A stretch of 64,000 nucleotides of DNA from the NCBI GenBank assembly GCA_963813025.1, contig CAWEXO010000005.1, positions 64,001 through 128,000 of the forward strand, given 5' to 3'. The translations under genes and the position numbers were made by a program. The notes under the pieces were generated by a model that saw only the letters and a program-made list of their open reading frames with translations, was not told where the DNA came from and did no database searches. This stretch comes from an uncultured Verrucomicrobiae bacterium (GTDB lineage: Bacteria; Verrucomicrobiota; Verrucomicrobiia; Chthoniobacterales; JAFAMB01). Shown in pieces: positions 49,966 through 59,384 of the stretch; position 1 is the first letter of the stretch, and each line of letters opens with the position of its first letter.

Positions 49966-51185
49966 CACTATTTCGGTGCCGAACACTCCTCCCGATGGAC
50001 GGTTCGCCGATTCAGGAAGGGGCCTTCGTGGTCAAGGGCAACCGATTCGAAGCCGTGGGAGCGGCAGACGATCTGCTGCCGACCCATACCGGACCGGTGG
50101 TCGATCTGGGACCGGGGATCGTGCTGCCTGGTCTCATCAATGCGCATTGCCATCTCGAGTACAGCTTGATGCGGGGAGCGATCTTGCCGTCCCGAAGCTT
50201 TGCGAACTGGGTGAGACGGGTCAACGGCTTGAAACGAGAGTTTTCCGATGAGGACTATCTGCGCGGCATCGAATTTGGCCTGGCTGAATTACGAAAAAAC
50301 GGAATCACCTCGGTTTTCAATATTCTCGCGGCACCGCAAGTCTTGCCTCGCCTGCCGAGGCCGCCAATTCGGACTTGGCATTTTCTTGAGCTAATTGATG
50401 TCCGTCCCAGGCCGTGGGCGGACGATTATGCCTTCGGGTTCTGGTTGTGCCTCAACCAACCAGCCGACGATCTGCAGGCTTACGGCCTCAGTCCGCATGC
50501 TCCCTATACTGCCTCACGCGAGCTGTTTCAAATCGCGCGCACGTTCGCGGCCAAATTTAGCTTACCCTGTACGGTGCACGTTGCCGAGTCGCAGGAAGAG
50601 TACGCGATGTTTGCTTCAGCAAAAGGAGCTTTGTTTGAGTTCTTGAGCAACCTTGGTCGACCCATGGGTGATTGTGGCCGAACATCTCCTTTTCGCCGGC
50701 TTGCGCAGGAAGATCTGTTGAGCGAGCAGAGCATTCTCGTGCACATGAACGAACTCGACGAGGAAGACTTTGCCTGGTTCGAGCGCGCCGAATGGAAGGA
50801 TGTTCGGATTGTACACTGCCCAAAGAGCCACCGCTTTCTGCATCATCGAGTTTTTCCTATGGAGCGGCTTCGCCAGCTCGGAATCAAAGTGTCGCTGGGA
50901 ACGGACAGCCTGGCCAGCAACGACTCGCTCAACCTTTTCTCGGAAATGCGCGTGGCGAGGCGCAATTATCCATCGCTAACTCCGGAAGATTTGCTTAAGA
51001 TGTGCACGCTCCATCCGGCACGCGCTATCGGGATGGAGCATTGTCTGGGCAAGATTGCGCCGGGTTATTTCGCGGACGCCATCCTTGTTCCGGCAGCAAA
51101 CGACGTAAAGCATGTGTACGAGACAGTGGTGGAAAACCGGCAACCAATCCGATGGATGATGGTAAACGGAGCTTTGGCGGTGTGA
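49962..51185 (+). CDS. Metal-dependent amidohydrolase (deaminase-like)
   Basis: 'PGLINAHCHLE', 'SPHAPYT', 'HVAES', 'HCPKS', 'LGTDSLASN'. Confidence 0.9.
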   Translation: MTLFRCRTLLPMDGSPIQEGAFVVKGNRFEAVGAADDLLPTHTGPVVDLGPGIVLPGLINAHCHLEYSLMRGAILPSRSFANWVRRVNGLKREFSDEDYLRGIEFGLAELRKNGITSVFNILAAPQVLPRLPRPPIRTWHFLELIDVRPRPWADDYAFGFWLCLNQPADDLQAYGLSPHAPYTASRELFQIARTFAAKFSLPCTVHVAESQEEYAMFASAKGALFEFLSNLGRPMGDCGRTSPFRRLAQEDLLSEQSILVHMNELDEEDFAWFERAEWKDVRIVHCPKSHRFLHHRVFPMERLRQLGIKVSLGTDSLASNDSLNLFSEMRVARRNYPSLTPEDLLKMCTLHPARAIGMEHCLGKIAPGYFADAILVPAANDVKHVYETVVENRQPIRWMMVNGALAV

Positions 51186-52072
51186 TCTTTTTCTGGTGCG
51201 CGCTGCTCCTGGGGATTTTTCCGGGCAGCAGCGTTGCTCAGGAAATGCCAAAATTGGCTGCGGCTGGCGCGATCGTAATTGATTCGCTGACCGGACAAGT
51301 CCTTTACGCCAAAAATGAGGACGCGCGGGAGTACCCGGCCAGCTCCACCAAAATTCTGACCGCGCTTTTGGTGATCGAGGCGGGGGATCTGGACAAGATA
51401 GTCAACATTGGATTGGCGGATACAAAAGTGGAACCGAGCTGCCTCGACTTGGTTCCAGGCGAACAGTACACGCGTCGGCAACTGCTTTACGGGCTGCTCC
51501 TGAAAAGTGCCAACGACGTGGCGATGGCCCTGGCCAGGGACAATGCTGGCTCGGTTCCGGCGTTTGCCGAAAAGATGAACCGGCGAGCCGCGGAACTCGG
51601 AGCCACTTCAAGTCATTTCACGAACCCGCATGGATTGCACGATGCCGATCATTACACTACCGCTCATGATTTGGCGCTTATTGCCCGCGCTGCAATGCAA
51701 CAACCCTGTTTTCGCCAGATCGTCTCGACGATTTATTATCCCTGGAAATCTGGCCACGGGACGGTGTACCAGCTGAGGAATCATAATCGGCTGCTCCGCC
51801 ATTTTGCGGGGTGCAACGGTCTGAAAACCGGATACACCCGAGCCGCGCAACAGGTGCTCGTAAGCTCTGCGCTTCGGGACGGGCATGAAGCCATCTCGGT
51901 GGTACTGCACACCGACAAACCGGGTATATGGAACGACAGCAAGGCGCTCCTGTCGTATGGATTGGTGCGACTCGGGTGTCCCCCTGAATCGATTGTTGAT
52001 ACTACAGATCGGGCGGACGAACCGGAAGAAAAGGAAGACCAGCAGGACAACGCGGCAGGCAGTCGTCAGTGA
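51152..52072 (+). CDS. D-alanyl-D-alanine carboxypeptidase (S11)
   Basis: SxxK 'ASSTK', SxN 'SAND', 'KTG'. Confidence 0.92.
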   Translation: MDDGKRSFGGVIFFWCALLLGIFPGSSVAQEMPKLAAAGAIVIDSLTGQVLYAKNEDAREYPASSTKILTALLVIEAGDLDKIVNIGLADTKVEPSCLDLVPGEQYTRRQLLYGLLLKSANDVAMALARDNAGSVPAFAEKMNRRAAELGATSSHFTNPHGLHDADHYTTAHDLALIARAAMQQPCFRQIVSTIYYPWKSGHGTVYQLRNHNRLLRHFAGCNGLKTGYTRAAQQVLVSSALRDGHEAISVVLHTDKPGIWNDSKALLSYGLVRLGCPPESIVDTTDRADEPEEKEDQQDNAAGSRQ

Positions 52073-52240
52073 CCCGCTGTCTCAGCGAGGTTCGGCGAGA
52101 AATTTTTTAAACCCACTGAACTTCCCAGAACCAAGGGCACGCTGCGTCACGACCCGAAACAAAACTTTTGGTCAGGTCGCGCTCCGGGTTGCAGGGAGGG
52201 GAGCACGCCCTTAAACTGGCGATTTGCAAAGACTCAAGTC

Positions 52241-53638
52241 ATGGCCGGTCCCGGGATGCACCAATTTCAGAATCTGTCGATGCAGCAAGTGCTTGCGCCG
52301 CAGCTGCAACAAAGCCTCCACATCCTGCAAGCCCCGGCTCTGGAGCTCCGAAATCTCGTCCAACAGGAACTGCAGACAAACCCGGTCTTAGAAGATGACA
52401 GCGAAACCGATGAGGCTTTAGCGGCCCGGGATGACTCCGATTTCCAGGAGGAGTTCGAACGTCTGGCGCGCCTCGATGAGGAATGGCGCGATTACATGGC
52501 CCAGAGCGTCAGCTATGCCTCGCGCAGTCCGGAGGATGAGGAGCGCCGCCAATTTTTTTTCGATTCTCTGGCTAATCAGGAAACCCTCCAGCAGCATCTT
52601 CTTGAGCAGCTCCGGACCGCTGACACCACCGCGGAACTGCGGGTTGCAGCCGAGATAGTGATCGGCAACATCGACGATCTCGGATTTCTCTCCACTCCGA
52701 TTGAAGAGGTCACCTCCGGTGTCTCTCCCGAGTTGTTGCGAAGGGCCCTGCAGTTAATCCAGACGTTTCACCCGGTTGGCGTGGGCGCTCGCGACCTGAA
52801 AGATTGCCTCCTGATTCAGCTCCGGCGGCTCGGCAAGGAGGGCACCCTCGAATACAAGATCGTGGATCAGCAGCTCGACGATCTGGGTCGGCGAAAGTTC
52901 CCGGAAATTGCCCGCCGGCTCGGCGTTTCGATCGAAGATGTCCGGCGCGCCGCCGCTTTCATTGGAACGCTCGATCCCAAGCCCGGCCAGATATTCACTC
53001 CCGATCCCAACACCTATGTTTTACCTGACGTAGTTGTCGAAAAGGTGGGCGCCGACTACTCCGTCTCGCTCACAGGAGATCAAATCCCGCACCTGCGCAT
53101 CAGCAAAACGTATAAAGATCTTATGACGCAGGGTCGAAATGGCTCGGAAGTCCGCGACTACATCCGGGAAAAGATCCGCAGCGGGAAGTTTCTGATTAAG
53201 AGCATCCACCAGCGCCAGCAAACGATCCTGAATATTGCAAACGAGATCGTCAAACGTCAGGGCGATTTTCTGGACAAGGGGACGGCGTTTCTGAAACCGA
53301 TGACCATGGTTCAGATTGCGGAAGTAGTCGGCGTCCACGAGACCACCGTGAGCCGGGCCATCTCCGGCAAGTACATGGCCACGCCGCAAGGCGTCTTTGA
53401 AATGAAGTATTTTTTTACGCCGGGGTATCAAACGACCGATGGCGTCGCGCTTAGTAATACCAGTGTCAAAGAGGCTATCGGCGACCTGATTCGTGGTGAG
53501 AATTCGCGCAATCCCCTGAGCGACAAAGAAATTGTGGAAATCCTCTCTGAACGCGGTATTCCTATCGCGCGCCGCACGGTAGCAAAATACCGTTCGGAGC
53601 TGAATATTTTACCTAGTAATCTACGCCGGCAGTTTTGA
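52241..53638 (+). CDS. rpoN: RNA polymerase sigma-54
   Basis: 'PQLQQSL.ILQ', 'HETTVSRAI', RpoN box 'ARRTVAKYR'. Confidence 0.97.
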   Translation: MAGPGMHQFQNLSMQQVLAPQLQQSLHILQAPALELRNLVQQELQTNPVLEDDSETDEALAARDDSDFQEEFERLARLDEEWRDYMAQSVSYASRSPEDEERRQFFFDSLANQETLQQHLLEQLRTADTTAELRVAAEIVIGNIDDLGFLSTPIEEVTSGVSPELLRRALQLIQTFHPVGVGARDLKDCLLIQLRRLGKEGTLEYKIVDQQLDDLGRRKFPEIARRLGVSIEDVRRAAAFIGTLDPKPGQIFTPDPNTYVLPDVVVEKVGADYSVSLTGDQIPHLRISKTYKDLMTQGRNGSEVRDYIREKIRSGKFLIKSIHQRQQTILNIANEIVKRQGDFLDKGTAFLKPMTMVQIAEVVGVHETTVSRAISGKYMATPQGVFEMKYFFTPGYQTTDGVALSNTSVKEAIGDLIRGENSRNPLSDKEIVEILSERGIPIARRTVAKYRSELNILPSNLRRQF

Positions 53639-53639
53639 T

Positions 53640-54404
53640 GTGCGCACCTTTTTGCTTCTGACCAGCGCGATCATATTTTTAAGCGTCGGGGCTATGGCCC
53701 GGCCTTTCCGTTTTCCGGAAGATACCTTCGCTTATTCCAACAATCTCTATTACGATTACCATCCCAACGCGGACGGAACGACAACCGTCAAACGACGAGA
53801 CGGAGAGGATCAGCCCGACTATTCCCGTCACTGCTATGCAATGACCCGATCGACGGTGCAATTCTTCCGTTTTGCCGAATTTCGGCCAGACCTTCCGCGG
53901 CTCAACGATGACGAATACGGTCAACGCATCCGGACGCTCTGCCGAATACCGCCCTGGAGTAAAGCTCCGGCCCAAAAGATCGTTTTTCCGGGCTACTCTG
54001 ACCTGAACAGTTTTTCCCGCGCCCACACCTTGTTGCTTCAGGAGAATCTGGGGATCTGGTGGCCGTCCTATCTACGCCTCGGAAATTGGCGGATCATTGA
54101 ACCGGAGCCACGTTCCGGGCAGGCTCATCTCGCGGCCTGGCTGAAGCAGCGGATTGACGATCGCCAGGTCCAAACCGTTTACATTACCCGACTTCGCCCT
54201 ATTAACCATTGTCTGGTCGTTTACGGATATGAGTTGGCTCCGACCGGCGACATCAAGTTTTCCGTGTATGATTGCAACCAACCGGGGAAGCTCGTTCATC
54301 TCACCTACCGGGCGTCCAATCGCAGCTTTTTCCTGGACAAAACGTGGTATTACTCCGCGGGTTTGGTGAACGTACTAAGCCTGTACGTCTCGCCTGTATT
54401 CTAG
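53640..54404 (+). CDS. Exported hypothetical protein, possible papain-like fold
   Basis: Signal peptide; 'HCYAM', 'NHCLVVYGY', 'VYDCNQP'. Confidence 0.6.
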   Translation: MRTFLLLTSAIIFLSVGAMARPFRFPEDTFAYSNNLYYDYHPNADGTTTVKRRDGEDQPDYSRHCYAMTRSTVQFFRFAEFRPDLPRLNDDEYGQRIRTLCRIPPWSKAPAQKIVFPGYSDLNSFSRAHTLLLQENLGIWWPSYLRLGNWRIIEPEPRSGQAHLAAWLKQRIDDRQVQTVYITRLRPINHCLVVYGYELAPTGDIKFSVYDCNQPGKLVHLTYRASNRSFFLDKTWYYSAGLVNVLSLYVSPVF

Positions 54405-54414
54405 GAAGCTACGC

Positions 54415-55488
54415 ATGGGCCTTTTCTCATGGTTTAAGTCAAGCAAACAGGACGCGCGGTCCGGGCTGAGGCCACCTCCGCCGGCACGGGAAGGTCCGGC
54501 AGAGCCTCCAGTTCCAACAGATCCGACCGAAACGGCGATTGAACCAACCCCAACCGACCCGAGTGGAGAAATGCCGGAAGATGGCCAGAAACAAATCCGT
54601 CTTAGAGAAATCTCCACTGAAACGATCTGGGTGCGCCTTGCTCCGATCCTGGAGTCACTCCCGCCTGAAGTGGGACAGGCCGCCTTACGTCAGCTCGCGC
54701 AAACCGATGTACGGATTGCTCTGCGAAAGGATTCCATTGAGTCGCAGTTGTCCTCTGGCCGGGTGGTCATTCCCCTCCCAGAATTCCTCCAAGCCATTCC
54801 GGAAGATATTCGCGACGCGTTCGGCGCCGTCAATCCGGGCACCACGATCCCGATTCCCTTAGAGGAGATCTTCCAAGAACTGCCCATGGAGTCGATCAAA
54901 ACGCGAGCGGACCAAATCATTGAGCCTGCGCCGGAGATCATACCCACTCCCTTTTCAGAACATGCCAGGGAGGATGCGGCACGGTTCGCGGCAACCGGCG
55001 AACGCCAGGCTGAGGAAACGCTGGCCACAAAAGGGGATGTGAACCAGCATCCACCAAAGCCGGATTACGAGGCCTTGCGAATTCTCCTCATGACAGACGA
55101 CGAACTCGATATTCCCAAGGTAATAGCCTTGGCCGGCAAATTGCCCGGAATCGATCGCAGCCTGTTGACCACTCTGACCGGTCAGAAAATCGCCGGAGAC
55201 TTGGGTGAATCCCGGTACGCCAAGGCCGCCACTTTTCTTCTTCCGCAGCTTTTCACCACCGCGACTCTCTCGCTCAGAGAGATCTCGTTTCGGCCTCTTG
55301 AGACGTTGAGCCTCAATTTTGGAGACGAACAGCTAAGCAGCTTTGTGCAGGAACACCTCTGCCTGACGGTTCTCCACCCGCCGCGCCCGCTGCGCCCAGG
55401 AGTTCGGGAAACCATGGTAAAGGTGCTGGCCGAGCTGGTGCGCCTGGTGCCGGATCCCATTTCGCCGAAAGACCATGCCAGTCCTTAA
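54415..55488 (+). CDS. Hypothetical protein with C-terminal Roadblock/MglB-like domain
   Basis: C-terminal alpha/beta pattern 'LLTTLTGQKIAG...LCLTVLH'; overlaps the mglA start. Confidence 0.6.
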   Translation: MGLFSWFKSSKQDARSGLRPPPPAREGPAEPPVPTDPTETAIEPTPTDPSGEMPEDGQKQIRLREISTETIWVRLAPILESLPPEVGQAALRQLAQTDVRIALRKDSIESQLSSGRVVIPLPEFLQAIPEDIRDAFGAVNPGTTIPIPLEEIFQELPMESIKTRADQIIEPAPEIIPTPFSEHAREDAARFAATGERQAEETLATKGDVNQHPPKPDYEALRILLMTDDELDIPKVIALAGKLPGIDRSLLTTLTGQKIAGDLGESRYAKAATFLLPQLFTTATLSLREISFRPLETLSLNFGDEQLSSFVQEHLCLTVLHPPRPLRPGVRETMVKVLAELVRLVPDPISPKDHASP

Positions 55489-56083
55489 CTACGCCCGCAA
55501 AGAGATCCAGTTCAAAATTGTCTATTACGGACCCGCCTTAGGCGGCAAGACAACCAATCTTTCCTATATTCACTCCCGGATTTCTCCGGCATTCCGCGGT
55601 GACTTGATCTCGCTGGCCACATCGGCTGACCGCACGCTGTTCTTCGATTTTTTACCGCTCAGTAGCATTGTCCTGCAGGGATTTAAAACAAAGTTCCAGC
55701 TTTACACGGTTCCGGGACAAGTAATCTATGACGCGACCAGACAATTGGTTTTGCGCGGTGTCGATGGAATTGTGTTCGTGGCTGACTCGCAATGGAACAA
55801 AATGGAGGAGAACGTCGAGAGCTTTCGGAATCTCGAGAAAAATCTGGAACTTCAGCAGCTCCGGCTGGATGAGATGCCCTACGTCCTGCAGTTCAACAAA
55901 CGGGATTTGCCAAACGTGAGTCCGCCCAACTATCTCGAGTACCTGCTGAACAATCGTTCAAAGCGGGTGCAAAGTTTCGAGACAGTCGCGACCACTGGGC
56001 GAAACGTCTTTGCGGCCTTGGATGCGGTGAGCCAAATTCTCTTGCATCGGTTCAATCGCGAACAAAAGCAGCTTGCCGGTTGA
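55475..56083 (+). CDS. mglA: MglA-family small GTPase
   Basis: 'KIVYYGP.LGGKTTNL', 'DRTLFFDFLP', 'LYTVPGQV.Y', 'NKRD'. Confidence 0.9.
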   Translation: MPVLNYARKEIQFKIVYYGPALGGKTTNLSYIHSRISPAFRGDLISLATSADRTLFFDFLPLSSIVLQGFKTKFQLYTVPGQVIYDATRQLVLRGVDGIVFVADSQWNKMEENVESFRNLEKNLELQQLRLDEMPYVLQFNKRDLPNVSPPNYLEYLLNNRSKRVQSFETVATTGRNVFAALDAVSQILLHRFNREQKQLAG

Positions 56084-56131
56084 CTAGCTATATTCACTGG
56101 CGTCCTTTCAGCGGCTCGCTATTCTTGGCAG

Positions 56132-56797
56132 ATGCTGGATTATATGCAAAAGGGCGGGCCGCTCATGTGGCTCATCCTGCTGTGTAGTGTTGTTGCGGTC
56201 GCAGTACTCGCCGAGCGATTGCTTTATTTGCATCGGGCAACCATCAACGTCGGGGAATTCCTGCAGGGGGTTTCCAATTTGATCCGAAACCGAAATTTCG
56301 CGGAGGCACGGATCGAATGCCAGGCGGCGTCTGTACCAGTCACCCGGGTAATCCATGCCGCAATTCTGCGCCATCGGCTGCCGCGGCAAGAGCTGAGGGA
56401 GATTGTCCAGGAAGCCGGGCAGCTGGAAGTTCCGCGACTGGAACGGCATCTGGGCATCCTCGTTGGAATCGGCTACCTCACTCCCCTGATCGGCTTACTC
56501 GGCACCGTGACCGGATTCATCCAGGCTTTCGTGCAGCTCTCCGCCAACAATGGTTATGCCACGTTGCCGGACGTGTCGGCCGGAATCTACCAGAGCTTGT
56601 TGACGACTGCCGCCGGTCTGGTGGTAGCAATTCCAACCATCCTCGGTTACTGCTACCTTTCGTCCCGCGTCACGGCGATGCTGCATGATATGGAACGGGC
56701 GGGAATCGAGGTGGTCCATCTACTCACGGAGACTCAGCTCGAATCCTCTATTGTCGAGTTTCAGCCAAGTTCACAGTTGAGCGGAGAACGCCGATGA
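56132..56797 (+). CDS. MotA/TolQ/ExbB proton channel protein
   Basis: 'GGPLMW', 'PLIGLLGTVTG', 'LLTTAAGL.VAIP'. Confidence 0.93.
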   Translation: MLDYMQKGGPLMWLILLCSVVAVAVLAERLLYLHRATINVGEFLQGVSNLIRNRNFAEARIECQAASVPVTRVIHAAILRHRLPRQELREIVQEAGQLEVPRLERHLGILVGIGYLTPLIGLLGTVTGFIQAFVQLSANNGYATLPDVSAGIYQSLLTTAAGLVVAIPTILGYCYLSSRVTAMLHDMERAGIEVVHLLTETQLESSIVEFQPSSQLSGERR

Positions 56798-57198
56798 AAT
56801 TGACCCGTTCGGTTCAGCTAAATCCCTATCTGGTGTTTTTGACGCCTTTGGCAGACTTTACCTGTCTGCTTCTGCTTCTCTTTCTGGTCAGCTCTACTTT
56901 TCTATTGCACCCCGGTATCAGTGTCACTTTGCCGTTTTCGAAATTCACGCTCGGCCCGGAAAAGAATCCGGTCGTTGTGACAGTCACCGCAGGATCCTAT
57001 CCGACCATTTACTACCGCGAGCAGCAGGTCACGCTGGAAAACCTCGGGAAGGCGCTGGACCAAAGCCCGCTAAAGGAAAAGTCGGTGATCATTCGTGCGG
57101 ACCAGATGACCCCGCAGGGAATCATTGTCCAAATCATGAATCTGTGCCTGGAGCGCGGATATTCCGTTGTTCTGGCGACCGCTTCTCGCCAGCAATGA
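56794..57198 (+). CDS. ExbD/TolR family protein
   Basis: TM with 'TPLAD', 'VIIRADQ'. Confidence 0.88.
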   Translation: MKLTRSVQLNPYLVFLTPLADFTCLLLLLFLVSSTFLLHPGISVTLPFSKFTLGPEKNPVVVTVTAGSYPTIYYREQQVTLENLGKALDQSPLKEKSVIIRADQMTPQGIIVQIMNLCLERGYSVVLATASRQQ

Positions 57199-57902
57199 AT
57201 CCGGGAGCTTCCGCACAGCTGACATTCGATTGGCTGAGAGAGCGATGGGATTATCGCCTTCCGTTACTGCTGGCCGTTTCTTTGGTTGTGCACGTCCTCT
57301 CTTTCTACATTTTTCAGACGGTCTATCCGGCGACGACCTCGCTGCCGCCGCCCTCGGCCCGTATCAGCGTGCTCAATCCAAGCGATCCGTTACAAGCTCG
57401 GCTGCTCGATTTAGTCGAGCTCAATAATCCGGCGAGAATTTCCGCACCAGCTTTACCGGACTCCTCCGTGAAGAAACTCGTGCCGCCGTATCGACCCACC
57501 TTTACAACGACTGCGCCGGAACTGCTCGCACTCGACGAGACCAAAGCTGAGCCCGCCAACAGGCTACCGACTCTGCTCACCGGCGAAACCTTACTGCCGC
57601 TCCGGGTCCATCCGGAAGAGAGTGAGCGCGTGTTTCGCAGTACGCTCGCGTTTTCGGAGAACCTGTCGGCACGCGCTCCTCGCGAGCTGCCGGTAGTACC
57701 AAGCACGCCTAAACTGGTTCAGGCAAATACGTTTTTCTTGGGCGTCAATCCGGCGGGGGAGGTTGCCTACTCCTTCCTTTGGAAGTCGAGCGGTGACAAC
57801 ACCCTGGACCAGACTGCCGAATCGTTTCTACGCAGTCTTCGTTTCAAACCAGCCAGTGCTCCAACTTGGGGCATGGCGACGCTGCGCTGGGGAGTAGACT
57901 AA
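57195..57902 (+). CDS. TonB-like protein
   Basis: TM with S..VH, Pro-rich linker, C-terminal 'V...G.V......SSGD..LD..A...LRF.P'. Confidence 0.65.
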   Translation: MNPGASAQLTFDWLRERWDYRLPLLLAVSLVVHVLSFYIFQTVYPATTSLPPPSARISVLNPSDPLQARLLDLVELNNPARISAPALPDSSVKKLVPPYRPTFTTTAPELLALDETKAEPANRLPTLLTGETLLPLRVHPEESERVFRSTLAFSENLSARAPRELPVVPSTPKLVQANTFFLGVNPAGEVAYSFLWKSSGDNTLDQTAESFLRSLRFKPASAPTWGMATLRWGVD

Positions 57903-58142
57903 ATGCTGCGCGTCGAATTGCCGATCCTGGTATTTATCTATCTTTTTGTTTTCCTCGCCGCGATCTTTTCGCTCTGGATCGTGTATGAATGGCGGCGGCA
58001 AAGCCAAGAAAAACAGGCCTTGCGTTACCGGGTACAGTGCACGATCTGTGCGTCTATTTTCGAAGATAAAAGCAATGCTCTGCTGCCGCGGTGCCCTCAC
58101 TGCGGAAGCCTGAACGAGCGATTCAAAATGGGAGGTTTATAG
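57903..58142 (+). CDS. Small membrane-anchored zinc-ribbon protein
   Basis: One TM then CTIC...CPHC. Confidence 0.65.
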   Translation: MLRVELPILVFIYLFVFLAAIFSLWIVYEWRRQSQEKQALRYRVQCTICASIFEDKSNALLPRCPHCGSLNERFKMGGL

Positions 58143-58146
58143 CTCT

Positions 58147-59331
58147 ATGGGAATGTTCATCGGGCGTAACCGGAAAGCGCGAGTGACTTACGGATTCGAC
58201 GAGATTGCTCTCGTTCCCGGCGATGTCACGATCAACCCAAACGAGGTCGACATTAGCTTCGCCATCGCCCGGGCGAACGCGGACCCGATCAAGCTGGAAA
58301 TTCCGATTCTGGCCAGCGCCATGGACGGGGTAGTTGACGTGGATTTCGCGATCCAGATGGGCAAGCTTGGCGGTTTGGCGGTGCTGAACCTGGAAGGGGT
58401 GCAAACCCGCTACAAAAATCCCGCAGAAGTGCTGCTAAAGGTCCTCGAAGCGGACAAAGACCATGTCACCGGTCTTCTCCAGAAGATTTATCAGGAGCCG
58501 GTACAGGAAGATTTGATTGCCGCTCGCATCAAAGAAATCAAGGATTCCGGGGTGATCGCGGCGGTAAGTTCGATTCCGCAGAAAGCGGAGCATTATGGCC
58601 GGCTTGCGGCGGAAGCAGGCGTTGATGTCTTTGTTGTCCAGAGCACGGTTTCCACGGTCCGCCACATCTCGACGGAGTATCGGAGTCTGGATCTGAGACG
58701 CCTTTGCCGGGATATGCCCTGCCCGATCATCGTTGGAAACACCGTCGGGTACTCTGTCACCCTTGAAATCCTGGAGTGCGGCGTCGCCGGCGTTCTGGTC
58801 GGGGTGGGACCGGGGGCAGCCTGCACCTCTCGAGGGGTGCTTGGTCTCGGAGTTCCCCAGGTGACCGCCACCGTCGATTGTGCGGCCGCCCGGGATCATT
58901 TTTATAAGAGAACCGGGAACTTCGTTCCAATCATCACGGACGGCGGTATGAGCAAGGGAGGAGACGTCTGCAAAGCCCTGGCCTGCGGAGCGGATGCCGT
59001 AATGATCGGCAGCGCTTTCGCCAAAGCCGTTGAGGCGCCCGGCCAAGGCTATCACTGGGGAATGGCCACCCCTCACGCGAACTTGCCTCGGGGAACCCGG
59101 ATCCGGGTGGGAACTACCGGTCCGCTCCGGCAGATTCTGTTCGGCCCCGCCGAAGTTGATGATGGCAGCCAGAATCTCGTCGGCGCGATCACAACTTGCA
59201 TGGGTAATGTCGGCGCGGCCAATCTTCGGGAATTTCAGGAGACCGAGATCATCATTGCTCCCTCCATACGAACCGAGGGCAAGCTTTTCCAGCAGGTGCA
59301 GATGGTTGGCATGGGTTCGCGAAGCTCGTAA
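58147..59331 (+). CDS. GuaB3-family IMP dehydrogenase-related protein
   Basis: 'YGFDEIALVP', 'ASAMDGV', 'GVGPGAACTSR', no CBS pair. Confidence 0.92.
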   Translation: MGMFIGRNRKARVTYGFDEIALVPGDVTINPNEVDISFAIARANADPIKLEIPILASAMDGVVDVDFAIQMGKLGGLAVLNLEGVQTRYKNPAEVLLKVLEADKDHVTGLLQKIYQEPVQEDLIAARIKEIKDSGVIAAVSSIPQKAEHYGRLAAEAGVDVFVVQSTVSTVRHISTEYRSLDLRRLCRDMPCPIIVGNTVGYSVTLEILECGVAGVLVGVGPGAACTSRGVLGLGVPQVTATVDCAAARDHFYKRTGNFVPIITDGGMSKGGDVCKALACGADAVMIGSAFAKAVEAPGQGYHWGMATPHANLPRGTRIRVGTTGPLRQILFGPAEVDDGSQNLVGAITTCMGNVGAANLREFQETEIIIAPSIRTEGKLFQQVQMVGMGSRSS

Positions 59332-59384
59332 AGATTTCAATGCTAATTCAGTCCCCAATAGCTTAGCCCCTACAGCGTTATTTC

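Noticed and set aside
58435..59358. Long antisense ORFs (also 42085-42969, 40178-40993, 24273-25052, 61969-63522)
   Set aside because: Shadows of well-supported genes on the opposite strand in GC-rich DNA
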